Below are positions 8,302 to 15,695 of a stretch of 28,399 nucleotides of DNA, piece by piece. The position numbers and the translations under genes are program-made. Below the pieces are notes generated by a model. The model was not told the DNA's origin and did not search any database. It saw only the letters and a program-made list of their open reading frames with translations. The DNA is from a virus. Taxonomy: Duplodnaviria > Caudoviricetes. The stretch is from IMG/VR virus record IMGVR_UViG_3300028553_000130, positions 1 through 28,399 of that record; one strand, given 5' to 3'. Position 1 is the stretch's first letter. Each line of letters starts with the position of its first letter.

Positions 8302-8341
8302 AGCATGGCGTCACGACGCGCGCCTGTCGTGACGCCATCAT
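8302..8341. promoter_or_regulatory. Back-to-back late motif copies 4 (minus, 8302-8317) and 5 (plus, 8326-8341, facing the portal)
   Basis: ATGGCGTCACGAC-N8-GTCGTGACGCCAT inverted pair in the divergent protease/portal gap. Confidence 0.7.
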
Positions 8342-8406
8342 CACCGCAGCGGCACCGTCCGGGCGGTCGGAGCCCGTCCTCCCGCCACCTGATTGGACCG
8401 GCCTCT

Positions 8407-10881
8407 ATGACGACGTATGCCACCGCGCACGATCCGCGCGCCCCTCACGACGAACGCAACGACGCCCTGGGGCAGTTGCAGCAGACCTACCTGCCGACGC
8501 CAAGTGACCTGATCCCGCGGGCGGACCTCGCGCCGGTCATCGACTTCATCGCCGATCAGTACGCGCAGCAGGACGCCGCCATCCTGCGCAAAGCCCAGGC
8601 GATCGACTTCATGGGACGGCCCCGCGCCAAGACCGGAATGCAATCGGTCCGCCTCGACCCCCTGCAAGCCCTGGCGTTCGGCAAGTATTACGAGCGGCCC
8701 AGCGTGCTGAACACCGACGCCTTGCGCGCCATGGTCGAACAGACCCCAATCCTCAACGCCGTGCTGCTGACCCGCATCCGCCAGGTGCAGCGCTTCTGCC
8801 AGCCGCAAGACGGCGGTCGCGGTCCGGGGTTCATGATCGCCCACGTCGACCCGCAGCACGACATCACCCCGCCCGAGCAACGCGCCCGCGAAGCGCTGAC
8901 GCGATTCCTCACCCACAGCGGCTGGGAATCCCGCCCGCGGCAACGCGCTCGCCTGCGCCGCGACCCGTTCAGCACCCTGATCGCCAAGGCAACGCGCGAG
9001 TCATTGACCTATGACGCGCTGGCGATCGAAACCGAGACCCAGCGCGGCACCGGCCTGCTCGATGGCTGCTACGCGCTCGACGGCTCCACCATCCGCCTCT
9101 GCCCGGAAACCGGCTACCGGGGCGATCCCGACGTGTTTGCCGTCCAGGTCGTCACCGGCCAAGTCGTCACCACCTACACCCACGACGACCTGATCTACAC
9201 CCCGCGCAACCCGCGCGCCGATGTGCGCCTGGGCGGCTACGGGCTCGGTGAGACTGAGTTGCTGGTGCGCGTCGTCACCGGCTTTCTCAACGCCATGACC
9301 CACAACAGCAAGGGCTTTGACGACAACAGCTTTCCGCGCGGCTTCCTGTCGCTGTTCGGCACCATCGACACCAGCCAGCAAGAAGCCTTCAAGCGCCATT
9401 GGCACAGCATGGTGCACGGCCCCAACAACCACTGGCGGATGCCGGTCCTGTTCAGCCAGGACCCAACCGGCAAGGCCGAGTTCACGCGCATCGATGTCGC
9501 CGCCGACGAAATGCACTTCGCCAAGTGGATGACCTTCCTCACCTCGCTCATCTGCGCCATCTACGGCATGTCGCCGGCCGAGATCAACTTCGATTCCTTC
9601 ACCGGCGGCAACACCTCGGCCCTGGCCGGCAGCGACACCGCGCAAAAACTCGCCGCGTCCAAGGATTCCGGTCTGCGCCCGTTGCTGTCGTACCTGGAAG
9701 GGGTGTGCTCGGATGACCTCGTCGGCCGCTTCAGCGATCACTACTGCTTCCGCTGGACCGGGCTCGACGAGGACGACGCCGCGCAGCGCCTGGAAATCCG
9801 CAAGCTGGTGTTGACGGTGAACGAGCTGCGCGCCGAAGAAGGCTACGCGGCGCTGCCCGGTCCGTTGGGGGATGCGCCCATCAACCCGTCCCTGATCGGG
9901 CCGTGGATGCAAATTGCGACCGGTGGAGGACAGACAGATGATACGAGCGGCGCGGACGCGCGAGAGCAAGACGGGGCCACTGCAAGCGCGGACAGCAGCC
10001 AACCGGGCGGACCCGACGCGGGCGATCAGGGCGATCAGAAAGCGGCTGCGGCGGCTGCGACTGAGGACGCGCCGACAGCGGGCCGCCGAGGCCGTATGGG
10101 GGCTGACGGCGCAGGACGTGGCGACGGGGCTGAGGACGCTGGGGGGCGGTTAGCGAAGGCTGATCCTTATCATGACGACGATGGGCGATTTGCACGATCC
10201 CCGCAAGTGCACTACGAGAAACGCCAACTTCATGAACTCTACGACTTCACGCTGAAGCATCCATTGGCGGCGCCAGACGCCATGCTGGTGCGTCTCCAAG
10301 CATCCGACCTGGTTGCGCAGTTAGACAAAGGGCCGGCGGTAGAGGCCAGCGACGGATCGATCAAAGTGACAGGAAAGCAGTTGAGTCGTCAGCCGGGCGG
10401 CACGGCGCGCGGATATGGCTTGGTCAAGTTTATTTGGAAACACGGGGAGCGTGCGGGCGAGACGGCTGGCTATCATGTGACGCGCGGCGACGTACTGGCT
10501 CTGCCGGAAGTCATCCGCTCAACGCCGACGGCGATCGTGTCCGATGCCACCGGTCATCCGGTGCATTGGGAGTGGCGCCGCACGCGCTTCGATGGCAAAA
10601 CAGCGGTCTATGGCGCCAGCCGCTTCACGTCCAGCGATGACCGCAACCATCTGGTGACGCTCTACATTGAGCAACCGGGACGGGTACAGAAAAGCGGCTC
10701 AAATCTCGGAGAGGGGCTGTTTACCCCCATGCCCCGGATACCGGCCTGTGACCTTTCAATCGTTCAACAGGCGGTTGAGCCGCTCACGATCTATTATTGC
10801 CCTGCCCAGACCGAAGTCAAGGACGCCATGGAAAAGGCCCTCCACGCCGTCGACCCCCAGGTTTGGACCATCGCCACGTGA
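8407..10881 (+). CDS. Portal protein (Herelleviridae-like) with C-terminal acidic linker and PBECR-like nuclease extension
   Basis: ILNAVLLTRIRQV..FC.P, DGSTIR, R.PR.D....GYG..E.E, F.KW..FL...ICAIYGM.P.EINF, SKD.GL.PLL, LTVNELR; extension contains DPYHDDDGRFA and GYGLVKFIWKHG. Confidence 0.85.
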   Translation: MTTYATAHDPRAPHDERNDALGQLQQTYLPTPSDLIPRADLAPVIDFIADQYAQQDAAILRKAQAIDFMGRPRAKTGMQSVRLDPLQALAFGKYYERPSVLNTDALRAMVEQTPILNAVLLTRIRQVQRFCQPQDGGRGPGFMIAHVDPQHDITPPEQRAREALTRFLTHSGWESRPRQRARLRRDPFSTLIAKATRESLTYDALAIETETQRGTGLLDGCYALDGSTIRLCPETGYRGDPDVFAVQVVTGQVVTTYTHDDLIYTPRNPRADVRLGGYGLGETELLVRVVTGFLNAMTHNSKGFDDNSFPRGFLSLFGTIDTSQQEAFKRHWHSMVHGPNNHWRMPVLFSQDPTGKAEFTRIDVAADEMHFAKWMTFLTSLICAIYGMSPAEINFDSFTGGNTSALAGSDTAQKLAASKDSGLRPLLSYLEGVCSDDLVGRFSDHYCFRWTGLDEDDAAQRLEIRKLVLTVNELRAEEGYAALPGPLGDAPINPSLIGPWMQIATGGGQTDDTSGADAREQDGATASADSSQPGGPDAGDQGDQKAAAAAATEDAPTAGRRGRMGADGAGRGDGAEDAGGRLAKADPYHDDDGRFARSPQVHYEKRQLHELYDFTLKHPLAAPDAMLVRLQASDLVAQLDKGPAVEASDGSIKVTGKQLSRQPGGTARGYGLVKFIWKHGERAGETAGYHVTRGDVLALPEVIRSTPTAIVSDATGHPVHWEWRRTRFDGKTAVYGASRFTSSDDRNHLVTLYIEQPGRVQKSGSNLGEGLFTPMPRIPACDLSIVQQAVEPLTIYYCPAQTEVKDAMEKALHAVDPQVWTIAT
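10688..10788 (-). ncRNA. Putative structured small RNA antisense to the linker after the portal PBECR-like domain
   Basis: Perfect 10-bp closing stem AGCGGCTCAA (10693-10702) / TTGAGCCGCT (10775-10784); internal hairpins; ends in TTTTCT. Confidence 0.55.
10793..10820 (-). promoter_or_regulatory. Putative sigma70 promoter antisense within the portal 3' end
   Basis: TTGACT, 16 bp, AATAAT on the minus strand, about 8 nt before the closing stem. Confidence 0.5.
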
Positions 10882-11081
10882 CGCCGGTCCAGGTCGCCTG
10901 CCGCGCCTGTGCCCACTGGGTGCGCGACACGGTAGGCGATGGCACGGGGTTGGGGTCCTGCCTGGCGCAGGCCCCAGCGAGCAAGCGGCCCGGCAGCTTA
11001 TGGCCGGGATCTTGGTGCGTCTGCCGGGACTATCAGGAAGCGCCGAGCGTTCCAAGCCGATCGGCCATCACGGGCCGCTGA
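10878..11081 (+). CDS. Small Cys-rich protein (CxxCxHW...C...C)
   Basis: GTG overlaps the portal TGA. Confidence 0.55.
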   Translation: MTPVQVACRACAHWVRDTVGDGTGLGSCLAQAPASKRPGSLWPGSWCVCRDYQEAPSVPSRSAITGR

Positions 11082-11583
11082 TGCTCCGCCGCTTTTTGAC
11101 CACCACCGTGGGGCGCTTGGAGGGTGCCGCGACGGGCGGGGCAGCGACCTGAACCACGGCCGTTGTCGGCTGCTTGGCTGGCTTCGCCGCCGCCGGTAGC
11201 TTCGCCTGCGCCGCCGCGTGCCGCTCCAACTGCTGCGCCCGCGCAAGCGCCTTCGTCGCCGCCGCCGCGCGGTCCTGCTCGACACTCACCCGCGCCAACT
11301 GCGCCGCGGCGGCCGTAACCACTCCAACGGGCGCGCCCTGCAAGTTGATCCGCGTCGCGCCCTCAATCAGCAGCCGGCGATAAGTGATGCGGGTGCAGTG
11401 ATACGCGAGGGCCGCGTGCACCTGCTTGACGTTCACCTCCGGCCGGGTGGCGGTCCAGGCCAGGATCGGCTCCCGAATCCCGATCGCCAGCGGGCGCAGC
11501 GCGGCATCGTCGGCGGGGAAGGCCAGCGGGAACGCTTCGCGCAAGGCCAACAGCGCGCGGGAGGGGGGTTTCTTCAAGCTCAC
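11068..11583 (-). CDS. ProQ/FinO-family RNA chaperone
   Basis: L...FP.AF......PLAIGI...I, AL..H.....Y...L..GA.RINL.G...G.VT signature. Confidence 0.85.
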   Translation of the reverse strand: MSLKKPPSRALLALREAFPLAFPADDAALRPLAIGIREPILAWTATRPEVNVKQVHAALAYHCTRITYRRLLIEGATRINLQGAPVGVVTAAAAQLARVSVEQDRAAAATKALARAQQLERHAAAQAKLPAAAKPAKQPTTAVVQVAAPPVAAPSKRPTVVVKKRRSISGP

Positions 11584-11643
11584 GTCGGGATGCTCCGTGG
11601 TGGGGGCCGCGTCCGTGCGGCCGGGGTTATCGGCGCCGATGAT

Positions 11644-12789
11644 TCACCAGTCGGTCAACGCCCACAGCGTGTCGGGTAACGCTGGCGTCCAGGGCAGGGA
11701 CTGGTCCAGCGCCGCGGACGCCTGGCTCCGGAACGCGCGCCACATCTGCGTGGACGACAACAGGATGCCGCGCAGGGCGTGGAACTGGATCAGGGCGCCG
11801 TTCACGTCGTGGCCATCGGCCTTGAGTTGGCGCAACAGGTCGCCGAGCGGCGAGCCGATCTGATTGAGCCAGGCCGAGCTGTTGATCATGCCGTCGGCGC
11901 TACGCCGGTCGGGCTTCGCCAACTCCGCCGGGTAGTGGTAGCGCGTGGCCGCCGCCCGCGCGGGGGCAAAGCGGTCAATCACCTCGCCGAGGATCGTGGG
12001 GGAGGCGAGCGCCACCGGCGCCGGTTCCGGCAACGGCGCGATCCCGACCAACACCCCGTCGCGCAGCGTCACCAGGGCGCGTAGCTGGATCTCGACGCCT
12101 GCGCCGGCGGGCGGCGGCAGGCGCGAACCGCCGAGCGCGCCGAGCGTATCCAACACCGTGCGCGTCCACTCGCGCAGTCGGGCGGCGCGCGGGGTATGAA
12201 TCAGCAGGCACAGCAGGTAGACACCCCACACCGAGAAGATGCGCACCTGCGGCGTGCGCCCGTCACGGATCACCGCGGACATGCCCGCGAACTGGCCCCG
12301 GTTGCGGTGGAAGGTGTTCTGCACCAGGTGAAGACCTTCGCCCAGGGCGGCGGCGAGCGTTGAAGCGGCCAGCCAGGGGGCGCCGTCGCGCTCGATCACA
12401 CGCAGGGTGGTGCCCTCGAAGTCGATGGTGGCGGGGATGGGTTGGGGCACGGCAGAGGGAGCCGCGTACCGTCCGGTCTTGCGGATGGTCGGGAGAATCT
12501 CCTCCACCACCAGGCGCTCGAACGCCTGGGCGCTGTCCAGGGTGGAACCGAAGATTAGACGGTAGAGGTCTGGCTCGCGGATGACGCGGGCCTCCTGCAT
12601 CCGCCCCAAAGCATCCGGGATGGGGTGCAATTCCTGCACCCCACGGCAGTGGGACTTAACGGCAGTTGTCGGGTCCTTGTAACCGAGGGCTTCAGCAACG
12701 TCCTTGGCGACAAACAGCGGTTCGCCGTTGTCGTCGGTCAGGACGCGGACTTTGTGGGACTCAAACGAAAAGGGGACCAGGTTGGTCAT
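11644..12789 (-). CDS. Bro-N family antirepressor with a second Bro-N-like domain
   Basis: F.FE...VRV.....EPLFVAKDVAEALGY...HC, EPDLYRLI..S, EEILPTIRKTG.Y; GGAG RBS before ATG 12789. Confidence 0.88.
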   Translation of the reverse strand: MTNLVPFSFESHKVRVLTDDNGEPLFVAKDVAEALGYKDPTTAVKSHCRGVQELHPIPDALGRMQEARVIREPDLYRLIFGSTLDSAQAFERLVVEEILPTIRKTGRYAAPSAVPQPIPATIDFEGTTLRVIERDGAPWLAASTLAAALGEGLHLVQNTFHRNRGQFAGMSAVIRDGRTPQVRIFSVWGVYLLCLLIHTPRAARLREWTRTVLDTLGALGGSRLPPPAGAGVEIQLRALVTLRDGVLVGIAPLPEPAPVALASPTILGEVIDRFAPARAAATRYHYPAELAKPDRRSADGMINSSAWLNQIGSPLGDLLRQLKADGHDVNGALIQFHALRGILLSSTQMWRAFRSQASAALDQSLPWTPALPDTLWALTDW

Positions 12790-12833
12790 GGCATAACTCC
12801 AGAGCGTCTTTCCCGATGTCAAACGGGGATAGC

Positions 12834-12899
12834 GGACCGTGCGAGGTTGACATACCGGGCTCTGGGTCCGGCGCACCCGAAAGTGCCCCCGCACGGCCC
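12834..12899 (-). ncRNA. C4-type antisense RNA (P1/P4-like immunity RNA)
   Basis: Closing stem with internal GCAC-TTTCGG-GTGC hairpin; exposes CCAGAG and ATGTCAA, complementary to flanking TTGACAT...CTCTGG targets at 12955-12976 and 12799-12822. Confidence 0.8.
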
Positions 12900-12925
12900 T
12901 AAACTGGAGCCGCGCGTTCGTCCAT

Positions 12926-12949
12926 AAAAAAACCGCCAAGGCGGCGGTT
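12926..12949 (-). terminator. Attenuator terminator between the upstream C4 target and the C4 RNA
   Basis: AACCGCC-GCCTT-GGCGGTT continuing into a T-run. Confidence 0.75.
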
Positions 12950-13007
12950 GTCCGCCAGAGTCTTCCGGGATGTCAAGCCCGACCGCTGGGACCCCAGCGG
13001 CCCGCAG

Positions 13008-13037
13008 AGCATAGGTCGGGCGGGGCGCGGGTGTCAA
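13008..13037 (-). promoter_or_regulatory. sigma70 promoter of the c4/antirepressor operon
   Basis: TTGACA, 18 bp, TATGCT. Confidence 0.7.
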
Positions 13038-13053
13038 GGCAACACAGGCGCGC

Positions 13054-13087
13054 TTGACGGTATGGATAATTGTCTATATCGTTATCC
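13054..13087 (+). promoter_or_regulatory. brnTA promoter with probable autorepression operator
   Basis: TTGACG at 13054; inverted repeat GGATAA-N12-TTATCC at 13064-13087. Confidence 0.55.
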
Positions 13088-13089
13088 GC

Positions 13090-13362
13090 ATGAACTTCAC
13101 CTGGGACGAATCAAAGCGCACCACCAACCGGAAGAAACACGGGATGGACCTGGCCGCTGCGGCAACGGCCTTCACCGGGCACACGTTCACCTTCGAGGAT
13201 CGGCGCTTCGCCTATGGCGAACACCGATTTATCACCCTGGGGCTGTTGGGTGTCACCGTGGTCGTGATCGCACACACGGAAACATCCGACACGATTCACG
13301 TCATTTCCCTGCGCAAGGCCGATAAACATGAGCAACGCCACTATTACCAGCAAGTGGGATGA
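13090..13362 (+). CDS. brnT: BrnT-family ribonuclease toxin
   Basis: F.WDE.K...N..KHG, D.RF.YGE.R...LG, IHVISLRKA...E. Confidence 0.92.
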   Translation: MNFTWDESKRTTNRKKHGMDLAAAATAFTGHTFTFEDRRFAYGEHRFITLGLLGVTVVVIAHTETSDTIHVISLRKADKHEQRHYYQQVG

Positions 13363-13624
13363 TACCGACCTGGATACGGCGCCGCCGGTGACTCAAGAGG
13401 ACCTGGCCCGTGCCGTTCACCGCGTCGGACTACAGCCCGCGCCGGGTAAAAAAACCAAGATCAGCATTGCCCTGGACCCGGACGTGGTGTCATGGTTCAA
13501 GCACCAGTCAGGCGAGCGCGGCTATCAGACGCTGATCAACGCCACGCTGCGCGAGGCCATGCAGCGCCGCACCCTTGAAGACACGTTGCGGCGGGTCATC
13601 CGCGAAGAGCTTCATCCCGCATGA
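13328..13624 (+). CDS. brnA: BrnA-family antitoxin
   Basis: K..ISI.LD.DVV.WFK......YQT.IN..LR; overlaps brnT. Confidence 0.92.
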   Translation: MSNATITSKWDDTDLDTAPPVTQEDLARAVHRVGLQPAPGKKTKISIALDPDVVSWFKHQSGERGYQTLINATLREAMQRRTLEDTLRRVIREELHPA

Positions 13625-13670
13625 TGTGGACGCGCGAGGGTGGGCGGCGCGCAGCGGCCCCGTCAGTGAC

Positions 13671-15695
13671 TCAAGCGCCGCCCTCAGACCACCACAGAGC
13701 GCACCCCGGATCACCCGCCTGCACCCCCAGGTCGCGCTCCTGGCAGCGCCCGGCCACATAGGCGGAACACGTGCCACAGGTCGGGCGCGGGGCGCCTTGC
13801 GCAGCCGTCAGAGCGGCCATCTGATCGGGCGGCAGCGCCACGGGCGCATCCATGAACATCACGCTGGCCCCGCCATAAGCCCGCGCCCAGGCCACATCGC
13901 ACAGCATGTTGGCGTAGGCAAAGTGCGGGTCCATGCCGACCTTGCTCACCTTGGTCCGCCACCGCCCGGTCTCGCCGTCGCGCTCCGAGATCAACGCGAC
14001 ACGCGTCAGATGCTCAAAAATGATGTCGCGCAGCAACAGCACGCGCCGCGGCGGCCCATCGCGATAGTCGCACTCCAGGCCGCCCGGATCGGGGAACAGA
14101 CAGGTCGCCCCGGTGATCCGCGCCACCGAGGCTTGCATCGCCTTGTACTGGTTCAGCCGCACCGTCCAGCGGTCCCGGTCTTCGGTGTTGGTCTTCTGGT
14201 CGGTGCGCGCGATCTGATCGCCCCACACCTGGGTATCCGCCTGATCGCCATAGCTGGCCACGAACACCCGACCCGCCAGCCGGTTGGCGAAACGCTTGGC
14301 GTCATTCCAGTTGGGCAGCCCCTCCACCACGCAGCACTGCACCCCGTACTGCGCCATCAGCACGTCGCACCGTGCGAAGGGATCGGCGTCGAAGATCGCC
14401 TCGGCATGAATCAGCGCTTGGCGGCCGTCGGGCAGCCGCGCCTTGATCAGCACGCAGTTGAACCCGCCCATCTGATCGATGCCCATGAAGGTCTCGCGCC
14501 CGCTGGTCTGCCACCGCACCCCGACCAGGGCGCCGGCCGCCACGCACGCCTGCAGGTGGTCGCGCGTCACCGGGATCTGTGACGGGTCGGCGTAGGGCCG
14601 CCCGAGCTTGCGGTTGTAGAAACTCGCCCGCTGCTCGCCGGTCTGCATCGCCTGCCACTCGGCCAGCAACTGCCCCGCGGTCACCGTCGGGCTCAACACC
14701 TGCGACAGGCTGTAGCTCTGGATCGTCCGCTCGGGGAACTGCGCCCGCCACTCCCCGTGCTGCGGGTCAGCGATCCAGGCCCGGCACGTCGGGCAGCGGT
14801 ACCGGTAGATGTCGGTGGCGGGGTCCAGGGCGATCACCTTGCCCAGCCGCTCGGGCAGGTACTCCGACAGCACGGCACTGTTCCCGCACCCGGCGCAGCG
14901 CGTCCAGAACTGATGCTGAGTCCCTTGCAGGTACCAAAAATGAATGTCGGCATCCGGCCATTGCGGAGTCGACAGCAGCAGCGTGAAGCGAATCAGCGAC
15001 GCGCTCAGGCGCTCGCGCACCTTGCTGACGTCGCCGGGGCTCATGTTCTGCACCTCGTCGAACGACACCACGTCCGCGGGGAAACTCTCCGTCATCGTCG
15101 CGCCCGATGTCCAGAGGAACAGAAAAATCGACTCCCCCAGGGTGCGCGTCAGCACGTTACCCTCGCCGGTGCGCTTGCTCGCCCCGTCGGCGTCGACGCT
15201 GATCGTCATCCGCTTGTAGATGTCCGGCACCGAGCGGACCAGGCGCATGAACCGGTGGGTCGACTTGTAGGGCGCCAGCTTGGAGTCTGGCACGTACAGG
15301 GCGATGGTCGCCGGCTCCCACTTCATGGCCATGTAGAGATCGGCTAAGACTTCCCACACCGTCAGGCCCATCTGGGCGCCTTTCATCAACACGATCATCC
15401 GGTCATAGGCGTCGGCCGGATGGGTCGGGATCAGGTCATAGATCGCATGGAGCGCGGGCCGGTTGTCCAGCGTGAAGGGATGCCCGTCGACCGCCAGGCC
15501 GGCCGCCGCCAGCCTCCCGCACCAGGCCCGAAACGACTCGTCCTTTCCTGGGGCGATGCTGGCATCCGTGGCCAGGGCGCGCTTGCGGCGGCGGCGCTCA
15601 AGCTCGGCGGCGGCGCGAGCCTTGGCGGTTAGGGCGATGTCAGGCGCTCCCGTCGCGGTATCGGCGAAATCTCCTGATACATCGCATCCCCCCAG
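13671..15695 (-). CDS. Terminase large subunit (GpA-like); frame open to 15695 but first ATG at 15398
   Basis: KGAQMGLT (Walker A), VVSFDEV (Walker B), LLSTP, paired CxxC, MGIDQ nuclease motif. 5' boundary uncertain. Confidence 0.88.
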   Translation of the reverse strand: MGGCDVSGDFADTATGAPDIALTAKARAAAELERRRRKRALATDASIAPGKDESFRAWCGRLAAAGLAVDGHPFTLDNRPALHAIYDLIPTHPADAYDRMIVLMKGAQMGLTVWEVLADLYMAMKWEPATIALYVPDSKLAPYKSTHRFMRLVRSVPDIYKRMTISVDADGASKRTGEGNVLTRTLGESIFLFLWTSGATMTESFPADVVSFDEVQNMSPGDVSKVRERLSASLIRFTLLLSTPQWPDADIHFWYLQGTQHQFWTRCAGCGNSAVLSEYLPERLGKVIALDPATDIYRYRCPTCRAWIADPQHGEWRAQFPERTIQSYSLSQVLSPTVTAGQLLAEWQAMQTGEQRASFYNRKLGRPYADPSQIPVTRDHLQACVAAGALVGVRWQTSGRETFMGIDQMGGFNCVLIKARLPDGRQALIHAEAIFDADPFARCDVLMAQYGVQCCVVEGLPNWNDAKRFANRLAGRVFVASYGDQADTQVWGDQIARTDQKTNTEDRDRWTVRLNQYKAMQASVARITGATCLFPDPGGLECDYRDGPPRRVLLLRDIIFEHLTRVALISERDGETGRWRTKVSKVGMDPHFAYANMLCDVAWARAYGGASVMFMDAPVALPPDQMAALTAAQGAPRPTCGTCSAYVAGRCQERDLGVQAGDPGCALWWSEGGA

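Noticed and set aside
12790-12939. 50-codon in-frame extension of the Bro-N gene
   Set aside because: TTG start lies within the terminator stem and overlaps the C4 RNA; the better RBS precedes ATG 12789. An Ash/Icd-like extension cannot be fully excluded.
13671-15398. Intein or intron in TerL
   Set aside because: Motif spacing and length look normal; no intein splice-junction motifs or homing endonuclease seen.
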